From Schmidtea nova (taxonomy: Eukaryota), in NCBI GenBank assembly GCA_044892505.1, contig CM097883.1, forward strand, positions 393,204,001 to 393,268,000: DNA of 64,000 nucleotides. The letters are read 5' to 3'. Shown here in pieces: positions 23,701-36,299 of the stretch (its first letter is position 1; each line of letters opens with the position of its first letter). A program made the translations under genes and the position numbers. A model generated the notes under the pieces. That model was not told where the DNA came from, made no database searches, and worked only from the letters and a program-made list of their open reading frames with translations.

Positions 23701-24349
23701 ACTATTCTAAAGCATCATTTATCAGTCTATACACATTCTAGTGAACGAAATTATATTGAAGTTATTGTCAGATTATTGAGAATTTGTATTACTTTGTTTG
23801 TTCCGTTTTGTACTATATAAAGGAATATGACAATTAATCAACAATTTATAACATTGAGATATTTTATAATTTGACAGTTACTCTAATCAATATGACCATA
23901 GTGGTCAAAATTTTAATCTCTTCATCAAAGATTCAAAAATTACAGCCGTAAATTTTATTACAATTTTCGCATGCATATATTTTTCTGTTTGACAAGGTTA
24001 GTTGCAAATTTTAATAGTTTCAGTTCTGTAAAATTTGATTGAAAATCGTGGATATCAAGTTTTACTTATTCAATAAAATTCCGCGGGGTACGCTATTATC
24101 GCATTGCATATAATCCGTAGGTTATTTAAGCGCCGGGAAACGTTATTTTCGCGTCGAATCTATTATATTTTATTTTAAAACATCGGGAAGCGTTTTTACT
24201 TCGTTATCATATCTTACATGTAAACAGTTTGGTGACGTAATAATAATAATAATAAGCAATAACGTGTTATATCGCGAAGTTCTAATTGAGTCGTTCACGT
24301 TACAGTTGGCCTATAAATTGTTAAATTCTGAAAAAAAATCTTTCGACAT

Positions 24350-26216
24350 GTCGAAACGTGTAATATCTGTCTGGTTAAGAGACCGACACTGATCCTTTAC
24401 TGAACACTCGCAATAGTGATTACAGTGACTGTGAATCCAGCGATAGCGTAAATTTAGAAAGTGAAAACAGCAATTCTGATTAAAGGTTTTGTGAGATAGA
24501 TGAAGAATCGGATGAAGATGATTTTACTAGTTGTTGTGTATGGAAAGAAATTGATATAAATAATATTCCCTTTATTCCACCAGCTTTTTTTAACCGCAAA
24601 TCCGGAGTAAAGATAAATGGAGATGCAAATGCAACACGACTTAGATATTTTGAAATATTTTTTGACGATATTTTGATTTGGATTCTGGTGACTGTAACCA
24701 ATAAATATGCAAGCCAGGAAGTTGCCAAGCGGTCAAGAAAAACATTATCTAAATCAAAGAAATGGACAGATTTGAGTAAGAAAACATGAGAATTTTCATA
24801 GATATTTTGTTATTACAGGTTGTTATCAATTTACGAGAACAAGAATGGTACTGGTCGAAACGCGAATCAATTCATATTCCTATTTTTTCAAGGATCAAGC
24901 CACGAGACAGATTTACACTAATTATGAAATACTGGCATTTTTCCGATAATTCTATATTCAATCAAGCCAAAAGTTACGAAAATTTTTTGAAATAATTGAA
25001 TATTTACGTCACAAGTTTAGCTCAGTATTAGTTCCAGAAAGAAATGTTAGTGTGGATGAAAGTTTTTTATTATTCAAAGGAAGACAGAGTTGGAAATAAT
25101 ACATTCCGCTAAAAAGATCCCGGTTTATTATAAAATCATTTATTTTATGTGAATCTCAATCAGGCTATATATGGAATTTTATATTTTATATTGGCAAAAG
25201 TACACAATTCATGGATAAATATGACAAATTTCCTATGTCTACCAAAACTGTGTTACATCTAATTGATCCTTTATTAGACAAAGGCTACTGTGTAACAATG
25301 GACAATTTTTATACATCTCCACCACTTACCGATTATTTGTTACAATACAAATAGAAAGGATCTACCACCTACGCTTCAAGCTATAAACCTAATAAAGAGA
25401 AATAATAGCTGATCAAAGGGGAAAAGTCATGGTCCTAAAATGGCAAGATAAGAAAAAAATTTGTACATTGAGCACAATTCACAACCCGTCGTCGAGTATA
25501 GTAAAATCAAAGAAAGATGTCGAACTAATGAAACCATAATTGCTATGTGACTACAATTATACAATGGGTGGCGTAGACAGGTTTGATCAAGAACTTTCTT
25601 ATTATGAAACCAGTCAGAAACAGCAAAAGAAGTATTAAAAAGTGGTTCGGTATTTCATCGATCAGTCTATATTCAATTCATTTATTATTTTCCAAAAGGT
25701 TACGAACAACACTAAGAAACTTTTCTGGAATTTAGAATAGAGATTATTGAATAGATTTTTAAAACATCTACAAACCGTACCCCGGCAAATACAAGGAGAG
25801 AAAAATACAACAAGGTTGATAAAAAGGCACTTCATATCTCACATTCCTCAAAATCAAATAAAAAGGGAAACTTGCAGAAGATGAGCCGTATGCTGTTCCA
25901 AAGACTTGTAGATGGGAAGAAAATACGAAAAGAAACAAGAACCTGGTGCGAGGATTGCAATGTTGGCTTGTGCATTTAACTTTGCTTCAATATCTACCAT
26001 ATACAGAAAAATTATTAGCAAGCTTACTGTTTTCTCGTTCGAACGTGATAATCACGTTTCCTGCATAATGTACGCTAAATTTCGATAAATTTGCAAATTT
26101 ATACTCAAATTTTTGTTCTTTTTTTACATTCCAATAATATAATCCTTATAACTAGCGAATAAAAATATCCCGCGATTTGATACATAAAAATAAAAAAATC
26201 GTTCGCGGCTGGTGGG
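24350..26216 (+). mobile_element. Decayed piggyBac DNA transposon
   Basis: Frameshifted transposase motifs YWSK..PIFSRIKPRDRF..HFSDN, SVDES..FKGR, MDNFYTSP, YNYTMGGVDRFDQ and a Cys-rich C-terminus. Right end ...GGCTGGTGGG followed by TTAA (26217-26220); left TIR not found. Confidence 0.9.
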
Positions 26217-27224
26217 TTAATAATGAATTAAAATTATGTTGACTTTTTTTGTTATTTTTCATTAAGTTAAAAATGTGGTAAAATGTAATCTAGACGATTG
26301 AGTATGTAATAATTCTTTATTTTTATTATGTATTTACTCAATAATTATTTATATTAGTAAGGACAAATCAACTGATCATAAATCTGAAAAATATTATACT
26401 GCAAAGTAGAAAAAAATAGACGTTACCAAGATTTGATGTAAAGTTGTATATTTTAAACTCTTAAATTATGATATCTGTTAGATTATGTTTTATGCATATA
26501 AGGCTGCTAACTAATTCAGTTGTGAAATACAAAATCAAAATCTGTTAATACTTATAAATACACTTTAGGATTTTGTGCTCGCTCTGAGCACATATTTCGG
26601 TGATTGCGAGTTTATTCGTGCAGAGTTGTTGGTGAACACCGATTTTCCTATATTAAAAGAAGTATTGTTGCTCGAGAAGAACAATTTAAACACGGCGTGA
26701 GTTAATTCGTTCGGAGCATGTGAGGCACACTTTTATTTTACGAATATAGACAGCTTGAGTTGTGAAAGAGTTAATCGATAAAGGTTAATCCACTCAAAAA
26801 ATATCCAATTGTCAAATGATAATTAATGATGTTTTTTAAAAAAAGTAAAAAATCAACTGAAATTTGCTTAATATAACCTGACAGAAAGTGTATTATATTA
26901 GGATTTAATGGGAAATGTGCGAAAAAAACGTTTTGGTTGGGGTCCGAAGCACATGGACCATACACTTTTATCCTTTGATCGGCGTTGCCGATATTTTCCA
27001 ATTTAAGCCGCAATTAGTGTCATTGATAATGAATGGTAAGTATTTATTTTATGATGCTCATAATATTTTTAATTTTTTCGACATTTGTTAATGTACTTTG
27101 TAAACCTCCAATTAATAATTTATACATTTCAGCACGTTCTGGATTATATCTTTTATAAATCAAGAATATTTTCCAACATATATATTCTTGTAAGGCAAAT
27201 CATGCCTGCAAATTTCTACTGAAG

Positions 27225-27400
27225 CCTTTGTCTTGTTATGGAAAACATTTGCCAAATTATAAAGTGCATGTGCAATGCCCGGTTTATGAATTAATTCCCT
27301 ACAAATCTTTAAATGATGCTCACATCACGTTATCAATTCTTCGAATTTTTCCAACATCTTCAACTTATTGCCAAGATTTCCTCTGGCCATTCCTTCATCC
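27225..27400 (-). pseudogene. GPSM/Pins (LGN/AGS3) TPR fragment inside a GCGTCTGTGTG-family element
   Basis: GMARGNLGNKLKMLEKFEELIT*CEHHLKICRELIHKPGIAHALYNLANVFH resembles LGN ASGNLGNTLKVLGNFDEA..CQRHL.ISREL.DKVGEARALYNLGNVYH; one stop. Confidence 0.75.
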
Positions 27401-27790
27401 GATGAATCTTCAAACCGCCTTGATAAATCCAATTTCAATATCAAAATATTCAAATCATCTTCTAATTCATTACTTTCAAAACGTTTAAAAATTTAAAAAT
27501 CAATATTATCTTTTAAAAAATATTTTTTTAGATAAATCAAGCACAATTTCAAAAAATATATTCTTCAAGACCAATTCAAAAATCCCAAAACTCAAAAACT
27601 ATATTGATTCGATAAAACAACCATAATTAATTACCCAATTATAATGATTTAAAAAATTAAAAACCACAGCACGCACACAGATGCGATCAAAATCAAAAAT
27701 GAAATCACGCACACATGCGCAAAGCCCCAAATTACACAAACACAAAGATCTCAACGCACAGAAACCGAAACTGATCTCTATCTGTGCTAA
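27400..27790 (-). mobile_element. Subterminal region of the GCGTCTGTGTGCGCA-motif element
   Basis: Degenerate reverse-strand motif copies (cgcacacagatgcg, cgcacacatgcgc) and an AAATCC-rich tract, arranged as in 62311-62700. Confidence 0.55.
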
Positions 27791-30682
27791 AACAGTACGT
27801 TTCAGAAATCTTCATATTTTTTATAAAGATTTGTGTAAAAAAACGTCGATTTTGATTTAGTCTTTATTTAAAAAAATTAAAATTTCTGAAATAGAAAAAA
27901 GAGATCAAAGGTAAAAAATGTACGGTTTTATTTTAAAAAATATTTTTTTTGGTCAATATCTTTATTATAATTTAAAATTATATTACTATCCACATTCAGC
28001 ATTACTTATTTTAAAATTAAAAAACCAATAAAAATCTTTTTTACTTTATTTTAAACTTCTCGATTTTTTTTCTGAAATTAAAGCATCGTAAATGACATTG
28101 TCAATACTTATATTGTTTCAGAGTAAAATTTATCTCTTTCCGAATTTAGCCCATTTACAGTTATTTTTTCAAAGTCTGATGTCTTTGTATGCATTGTTTT
28201 CTGATAGTAAATTTGCATCTTTGTCAATTTCATCAAAATTGTTACTAACATTTGAAACAAATTTAGAAACATTAATAGAATTATTTATTCGCTGCAACAA
28301 CATATCTCTCAATACTGTGAATAATACCGTTTTTAAAGAAAGTCAAAAATTCTAAACGAATGTAATTTGATTAATAATCCGGAAGCAAAGAAAATAACCA
28401 ATGAAAACATCCAAAAATACAAAGGATCTCTAGGAATTTTGAGAGTGTATCAAACGCAACGAAATAAAAGCTATTATACATTTCTGTCGTAAGAATTCTT
28501 GAAATAAGAATTCTTGAAACCTCAACGAATTCAATTTAATAATTTGTATTTGAAGAACTCAGTGATATTCTACTGAAAATAAGATTAAATGATAGGAAAT
28601 TTGTCAGCGATTATTGGAAATTATTTTGAACATGTATTTATTCAAAAGTATTGAAAAACTAGCTTTATCTATTATAGACATTACCTAAATCATAATAGAA
28701 ACATTAAATTAGAAAATATTAAAATGAGTAGTTCTATTTACAATATTTTTCACTGAAATTGTTAATAAAAGAACATGTAGACCATAAATGGTAATATGTT
28801 TAATTCAATTATATTTTATTTTCTTAAATATTTAAAAGTAACCACTCTATTTGATTATCTCTTTATTCTATCGAGTCAAACTAAATACAACATGATTGAT
28901 TTATGACTGTCGTTATAATTAGAGTTATAATTAATTACGCATATAATTAAATATTTTAGAAATTTAATAAGTGTCTTTATATGAACAAACTCTATTTGAG
29001 AATTTGTTTAAAAGACAGAATAAATAAAAATCAAAAATTTAGTTAAGTATTATTAGCTTTTATCTTCACGGGACATAAAAATATCTTGTAAAAAACAAAT
29101 AGCTAAGTGTGATTTATTGACTCAAAACTTTATAAACGGGAGAAAAATTGTACTCATATATAATGCAAAAAATTTAGTTTAAAACATGTTTTAATAAAAA
29201 AAATTTGAGAAGCTACTTTAGTCCCATGAGAATAGTTTAAGAAACGATAATCCTCAGAAATTAACTAAACTCCCGAAATGATGTGACAAAAAAACTTATT
29301 ATAAATTGTCTCGCCGAAAGAGTGACTGAAAATGAAAGTAAATATTTTATTTCCTTCATTTTCATATCTTTTCATACAATAAAACATAAAATACATGTCT
29401 ATGTTTCACAAAAAATCCTCCCAAAAGGTGAACAGTAGAGACATGACATTTGTAAGGGTCCAAAAAGCGAGAAAAACCCTAAATAGCATTTAACAAGAAA
29501 GCTTAAAATATTCGAAAGAAATAATAAAAATCAACACACACTAATAGAAAAACAACAGAGAACAATAAAAAACTATCAAATGAGACAAACAGTAAAAATC
29601 AAAATGCATTATGGCGTCCAACATGGCTGAATTAATTTAAAAATAAAGTAAATTAACAGAAAACATAGGCAGATTAAATTAACCAATAAAAATATAAATG
29701 AAATAAAAGAAAGAAAAGAAAAGAAAATAATTGATGGGAAAATACAAAATACATAGGAAAACCACCCGGCCAATGAAGCATAACGAAACAATCAGCGTCA
29801 CTTTTAGTCATTTTAAGAAAAGAATCTTGTTACTATTTTGCCATGTTATTGATAACATTTGTCATTACCAATACATACGCTCATTGTATTCAAAAGTTAT
29901 TTTGGCTAATACATTGTTCGAACGATAAATTGTTGTTAATTTTTATCATCTCCACAAACGATATAAACGACAAGTTGGTCTCGATTCATTGGAGAGGCTT
30001 TCATCTCAGTTAGCATCCTGTCCTGAGCTCTTTTTAGACGTGTTTATCGGAATAGAGCTTCAGGACCTCCCTGGCGAACAAATGGGTGGAATTGGTAAGT
30101 TGATGGAATGTGGAACATCCAAAGATTTTTGAATGAATCTCTTTAGGGAGAAAAATTAAAGTACGGAAATATGTAGAAAAGTCTCCTGATGAAATTTAAT
30201 ATTCATAACTGACTAATCATTTCTTCCAAAGATGCAGGAAGCCCGAGCAAATGAATAATTTTCGGAAGCACATATTCCTGCAACAAGATCAGGCGCAGAG
30301 GGGTATAGCCAAAATAAGCGCGCTGAAGGTTCAGCTAAAGAAGATGAAATACAAAGACCATAATGACTTAAAAACTGAACGTGTCACGCGAAAAACACAG
30401 CTTATAGCCTACGAACGATTTGAGCTGATTCCCGCGAAATCTCACCCAAAACTATTAATAAAAGACGCCCTCCCATCCCAGCGAAACAACAAACCAGGAA
30501 GGTCGGAGCGCAAGAGATTTAAAAAATAAATTAGATAGAATTGTTGGCCAACTTGAGTTTAAACCGAAGAAGAGAAATCAGATAGAGAATATTGATTTTG
30601 CAAAGAAAGTTTCCGTAGTTATAAATGATTTATTTAATTGAATTCTTGTTTATTTGAAATTAGATCATGGTATAGTATATTG

Positions 30683-31255
30683 CAGCGTTTTCCAAACTGG
30701 GAGGCGCGCCTCCCTATGGAGGCGTGGACTAGTCTAAGGTGAGGCGCGAATATTAGCCAGGATTGACAAAAAAGTGCACGTGCAGCTAATACAATACGTA
30801 ACATATAGGTACATATTAACTACTATGCTGCTGATGCTACCAGTACCCAATAGCAAACATTACGGTTCAGAAATATATCTGCACCGTAGGGATAGTATTG
30901 TCTATGGTTATTGGCAGATGCGTATTACTGCGTAAATATTCAGGCGCGTTGTCAGACTTCTCACTTTCTTACCAACGATATCCACTCCTTGCAAGGATAA
31001 ACCACCAGCGGCATGATACTTAACTTGGCCGACCAATAACTTTCCAAAAATCCAGACAATATCGACTTCAGTTTAGCTCAGTTCCAACTCATTAAGCGAC
31101 AATAATAAAATATAGTTGTGTGTAAGAGTTTATCTTTACGAATTTTTAAATACTAAAAATTCTTATGTTTGTAGTATTTTATAAAATGGAAGAGAGGCGC
31201 CATATGAACAAATATTTTAAGGGAGTCGTGGTAAGATAAAGTTTGGAAACCGCTG
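30683..31255. mobile_element. hAT-type MITE
   Basis: TIRs CAGCGTTTTCCAAAC / GTTTGGAAACCGCTG and a perfect 8-bp TSD GTATATTG. Confidence 0.9.
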
Positions 31256-34200
31256 GTATATTGGGTTGAATTTTGAATTTTTCTAAATTCAGGGGTAGCG
31301 TATAAAATAGTATTTGTAAATGTTATATTTAATAATTAACGATAATTAATCCAAAAAGAAATTATAAATTAGTTTTCGAAAAAGAGAGAAACCATATGAC
31401 GGAGGGATCGGAAAATAGAAAGTGTACCGAAACTTTTTAACAGTAGTACCTGAACCCAAAAGGTCACCTTTTGCAGACATCGTCGATCACTTGGTACAGA
31501 ACCAAAGTTGCCTAGTGACTGGTGTCAATGGGAGACTACATTTCATCGCGGTTGAAAATGGTAAAAGCATAAAGTGTAGTTTAGTTAGCTATCTATAACC
31601 CACTAAAAGAGAGATATATAAGCTGCCGTATTCCGATAAAGAGATACATCTTTGTGATTTGGTAGAAAGTGAGTGTGGTATGTAAAATTAATTATAAAAA
31701 TTAAAGAATTAGGTTAATTCTATCTCGCACGAAGCCGAGTAGTAAAGCTAATATTGATATATAATCTGAAAAGAAATGAAAAAAAGGAAAATAAATCAAT
31801 ACTGAAAAATATAAAATATTTTATTGAAAATATGTACGGAGTTCTAAAGCATTAATAGGATGGTAAAGGAAATGTCTATCTACTAACAGCTTGCTTGTAA
31901 GAAAAAATGAGTTGGATATATTAAAAGATATATTAATAAAAAATTATGTCATTTAAGAAAAAATATATATGTTTAAAGCCTAGACTTAATTTTAATCCAT
32001 TATTATATTAATTTGGACTACAGACGAGGCATTGAATTACAAGCGAATGAATTGAAAAACTACTTAACTTTGAACTGAATAAACAATCTTCTCGAAATAT
32101 CTAATATAACGCGATATCTAATATAACCCTTAATATAACTAATATAACCCTTAATATAACCCTTAAAATTTCTAATTGAACCAACGAAAAAAATGTTTTT
32201 GCATCGGTTTTTTTAAATATCAAAAACGAAAAAATGAAAAAAATGATCTGAAATTTATTTCGAAAATTTTAGGCAAAACATGTTTGTAAAATTCTGAATT
32301 TTTGAATTTGTCCAGTTTTTGCATTTCATGTTTTAATATATATTTTTAATCGTAGCTAGAAAATTCTGATAAATTAATGTGAAAAAATATTTTAATAATC
32401 TGTGGAAAAAAGTGAAAAATTTCTGTCAGTTTTTAAATCTATTCTAAGATAATTTCAATGTAATAATTACATTATTATTCTTTAATAGTCAAATAGAAAC
32501 TCGAATTCCATAATGGCATCTAATAAGAAAAGAAAGAGTGCGAAGAAAGACTTCCTGTTGGGAGCTATTTGGCAATCTTTTGAGTAACTATACAGGAGGT
32601 CATGAGAAACACTCCGGGAGATCATATTTCAACACAATGGGAGTTTTATCTTAGATATTTGGTTGTTTATCTATTTCAATTGTTTTTTATGTTTTGGTGA
32701 TAATAAGTTATTTAAGTGAAATTTGAATTGAAATTAATTATTTAAATTTTGAATTTTAATAAAGGTTTGTTTGAATCCTAGTTTTTTCTTGGATTTTGAA
32801 TAAAATATGCTGCTTTTAATGAGGTAGCAGAACGTGGTTCCCTTCGGGAGACTCTTTCTTATGGATATGGGAACTAGAAATCAAGGACTTTGAGAAGTAA
32901 AAACAACCAATCTTTTGTATTAATCAAATTTAATTTTTAACCAAACGAATTTAAATTCCAAATAAAAATAGCAAAACTTCCTTTAATTACTCAATATTAA
33001 AACAACTGATTAAATTAGTTTCAACATTTTTATATTAACAAAAACTATTTTTTAACCATTATCTGGTTGACTTGTTTGGTTTAGAATAAAAACTATATTC
33101 GTCGATGAATGCAGTTTAAACATTTGAACTCTGTTATTTCGAATTCCAACAGGAACAAAATTGGCTTGAAATTTGTAATCATACAGTTAAATTCTTAGCA
33201 AACGGATTTAAAAAAATAAAAGTTTCTAGTTAATTTTAGAATATCTTTAATTAATTAGATGTTAGTTTTGGTATGAAACACTTTGAAACTATTTATGTCA
33301 GGAAGCTGAAGCTGAAATGATTGCACTGGTAGTAGTCAAATTTATTCACGATAAATTTTTATATAAATAAAAAGATGAGCCCGTGAAGACATTCACGGAG
33401 GAAAAATAAAATAAACGGTTTGGAAAATTTGTAGAATGCTGTCCACATGCAAATAAAGTTACATATAATATAGGTTCACGTCATAGTATACTTCAGGAAA
33501 TTCTCATCAATAAAAATGTTGAGGTTCCGAGAATGTCAACTTGATTGTTTGTATATAAAAGTTTTATTTATCGCAAATATTTTACAAGTTAATCAAAATT
33601 ACCTTTTAATAAAANNNNNNNNNNNNNNNNNNNNNNNNNNNNNNNNNNNNNNNNNNNNNNNNNNNNNNNNNNNNNNNNNNNNNNNNNNNNNNNNNNNNNN
33701 NNNNNNNNNNNNNNNNNNNNNNNNNNNNNNNNNNNNNNNNNNNNNNNNNNNNNNNNNNNNNNNNNNNNNNNNNNNNNNNNNNNNNNNNNNNNNNNNNNNN
33801 NNNNNNNNNNNNNNNNNNNNNNNNNNNNNNNNNNNNNNNNNNNNNNNNNNNNNNNNNNNNNNNNNNNNNNNNNNNNNNNNNNNNNNNNNNNNNNNNNNNN
33901 NNNNNNNNNNNNNNNNNNNNNNNNNNNNNNNNNNNNNNNNNNNNNNNNNNNNNNNNNNNNNNNNNNNNNNNNNNNNNNNNNNNNNNNNNNNNNNNNNNNN
34001 NNNNNNNNNNNNNNNNNNNNNNNNNNNNNNNNNNNNNNNNNNNNNNNNNNNNNNNNNNNNNNNNNNNNNNNNNNNNNNNNNNNNNNNNNNNNNNNNNNNN
34101 NNNNNNNNNNNNNNNNNNNNNNNNNNNNNNNNNNNNNNNNNNNNNNNNNNNNNNNNNNNNNNNNNNNNNNNNNNNNNNNNNNNNNNNNNNNNNNNNNNNN

Positions 34201-34307
34201 NNNNNNNNNNNNNNNNNNNNNNNNNNNNNNNNNNNNNNNNNNNNNNNNNNNNNNNNNNNNNNNNNNNNNNNNNNNNNNNNNNNNNNNNNNNNNNNNNNNN
34301 NNNNNNN

Positions 34308-35480
34308 GCCCAGTTCTGAAGCACATCGATAATTTCTTTTCATAGAATCTAATAAAACTATTGACAAACGCAGCATAATCATCCATATCGGCATAATTGT
34401 GATAATTCATCTCCATCAGATCGATATTCAATCTGCAAAAACTACTTTCCAAAGTAATTACCAATAACGATTCAATTTTACCATTTTTACAAATAATTGA
34501 AGAAATCTATTCAAAAATTTGAACTATCAAATTAACATAAAACAATTCAAAGGCATCGCCGTCACCAGTCGGAACCTCATCAAGAACTGCTTCCTGAGCT
34601 TTAGGTGCAAAACTCTCGATACATTCCTCTTCACACTGTTCTCTTCGACAAGTTTCCATTAACGTGTTCACATTTTGTTTCCCACCTTTTAGTGCCGTTA
34701 TTCGTTCTCCACCCTTACTCGAGTTTCGTTTTACATCATTGCAAGAAGTTGTAAGGTGTGAGTACCTTCTCCTGTCTTACCAATCCGAGAGTTGATTCCT
34801 TGGTGGGAATAGTTGTATTTCGATTAATTAACTTAGTGAAAACGTCGCCCAGAGTTTCAATACCCAACGAAAGCGGTGTAACATCTAGCAATAATACATC
34901 AGTCACATACCCACAAGAACTCCTCCCTGTATTGCTGCACCCATTGCAACAGCTTCATCTGGATTCACACCCTTACTATGGACTCTACCGAAAGGTTTCT
35001 GTACAGTTTCTTGAACTTTAGGCATTCTTGTTATCCCACCAACTAACAACACTTCTTTAATATCCGATGTTTTTGCCTCTGCATCTTTAATAGCTTTTGG
35101 TAGAGTTTGGATTGATTTTAGTTTTAATTGGAGATATTTTGTAGATATTTTAGATTTGTTTAAATAATCCAATTGGTATTGGATTGGTTTTGGAATTTGG
35201 AATTGTTTATTTGGTTAATTGAGATTTTGAATTTTTGAATGGATTTATCCAATTGGCGATAAAATGGATTGAATTATTTTAGATTCTTTTGAAGTGGTAA
35301 AATTTAATCGTTATTGGTAATTACTTTGGAAAGTAGTTTTTGCTGATTGAATATTGCAAATATCGATCTGATGGAGATGAATTATCACAATTATGCCGAT
35401 ATGGATGATTATGCTGCGTTTGTCAATAGTTTTATTAGATTCTATGAAAAGAGATTATCGATATGCTTCAGAACCAGGCT
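34308..35480. repeat. About 190-bp inverted repeat pair (34308-34500 and 35290-35480)
   Basis: Near-identical reverse complements; the left arm abuts an N gap. Confidence 0.85.
34795..35100 (-). pseudogene. HSPA9: Mitochondrial HSP70 (mortalin) fragment
   Basis: [48 protein letters not shown], then a 1-nt frameshift, then [36 protein letters not shown]. Confidence 0.85.
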
Positions 35481-35499
35481 TGTGGAATATTCTTATGCA

Positions 35500-35992
35500 C
35501 TTTATTTATGCACTCTTATGCATCTTTATCGCGTCTGTGTGTGCGTTTTTTCTCACCGTTATTGGTGTTATTAGTAATTTATCAGCGTCTGTGTGCGCAT
35601 TAGTCTTGTTAGCTTTTGGTGCAGATTTTAATTGGATTTTATTTTAATTTGAGATTTTCGTAGATTTATTAAATTTGGATTTTTTAGATTGTTTAAATAA
35701 TCCAATTGGTATTTGGATTATTTTTGGAATTTTGAATTTTATTTTGGTAATTTTTGATTTATTAGATTTGAAATTATTTTAGAGTTGTTTAACTAATCAA
35801 ATGGAAAGGGATTTTTTTGGGATCTTTTAAATTTTTGAATTAAATGGAGTTTCTAATTGAAAAAAAACTACCTCAACTAGAATGCGCCCACAGACGCTAT
35901 AAAGAAATAAATACAAAGTAGACATGCGCACACAGACGCGATAGACTGAAAATAGCCAAAGTTTGCTACAAGCAAACTTTGGCTGAAACAAT
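35500..35992. mobile_element. GCGTCTGTGTGCGCA-motif element ends with terminal hairpin
   Basis: Motif on + at about 35520-35600 and on - at about 35880-35940. 13-bp hairpin AGCCAAAGTTTGC-tacaa-GCAAACTTTGGCT at 35954-35984. The end at 35992 matches 62311 in reverse. Confidence 0.7.
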
Positions 35993-36299
35993 TATCATTA
36001 TTTTATTATTATTATTATTATAATAATTAATATTATTATTATTAAAACAATCTTGTTATCTTTTATTTAAATCACTTGAATTACTGTTTTGCTCTTAAAG
36101 AGCTTTTAATTTAACGGCTATTAATGAGCAGAATAAAGTCTTAACACCTTGCGTCCTAAATCAACAAAAAATGCACCTGTGGTGCAAAATTAAAAATAAA
36201 TTTAATGCATAATAAATAATTAATTAGCCCTAAAGAGTTTGATTAATTATCTATTTTTATATGTATTTGGGGTGGGGGTTTTGGATAATTTTATATGAA

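Noticed and set aside
31390-31685. Coding-like stretch with two stops
   Set aside because: No homolog recognised in the window or from memory.
33516-34464. Long ORFs spanning N runs (also at 18.9, 50.1, 56.1 and 57.3 kb)
   Set aside because: Artefacts of assembly gaps.
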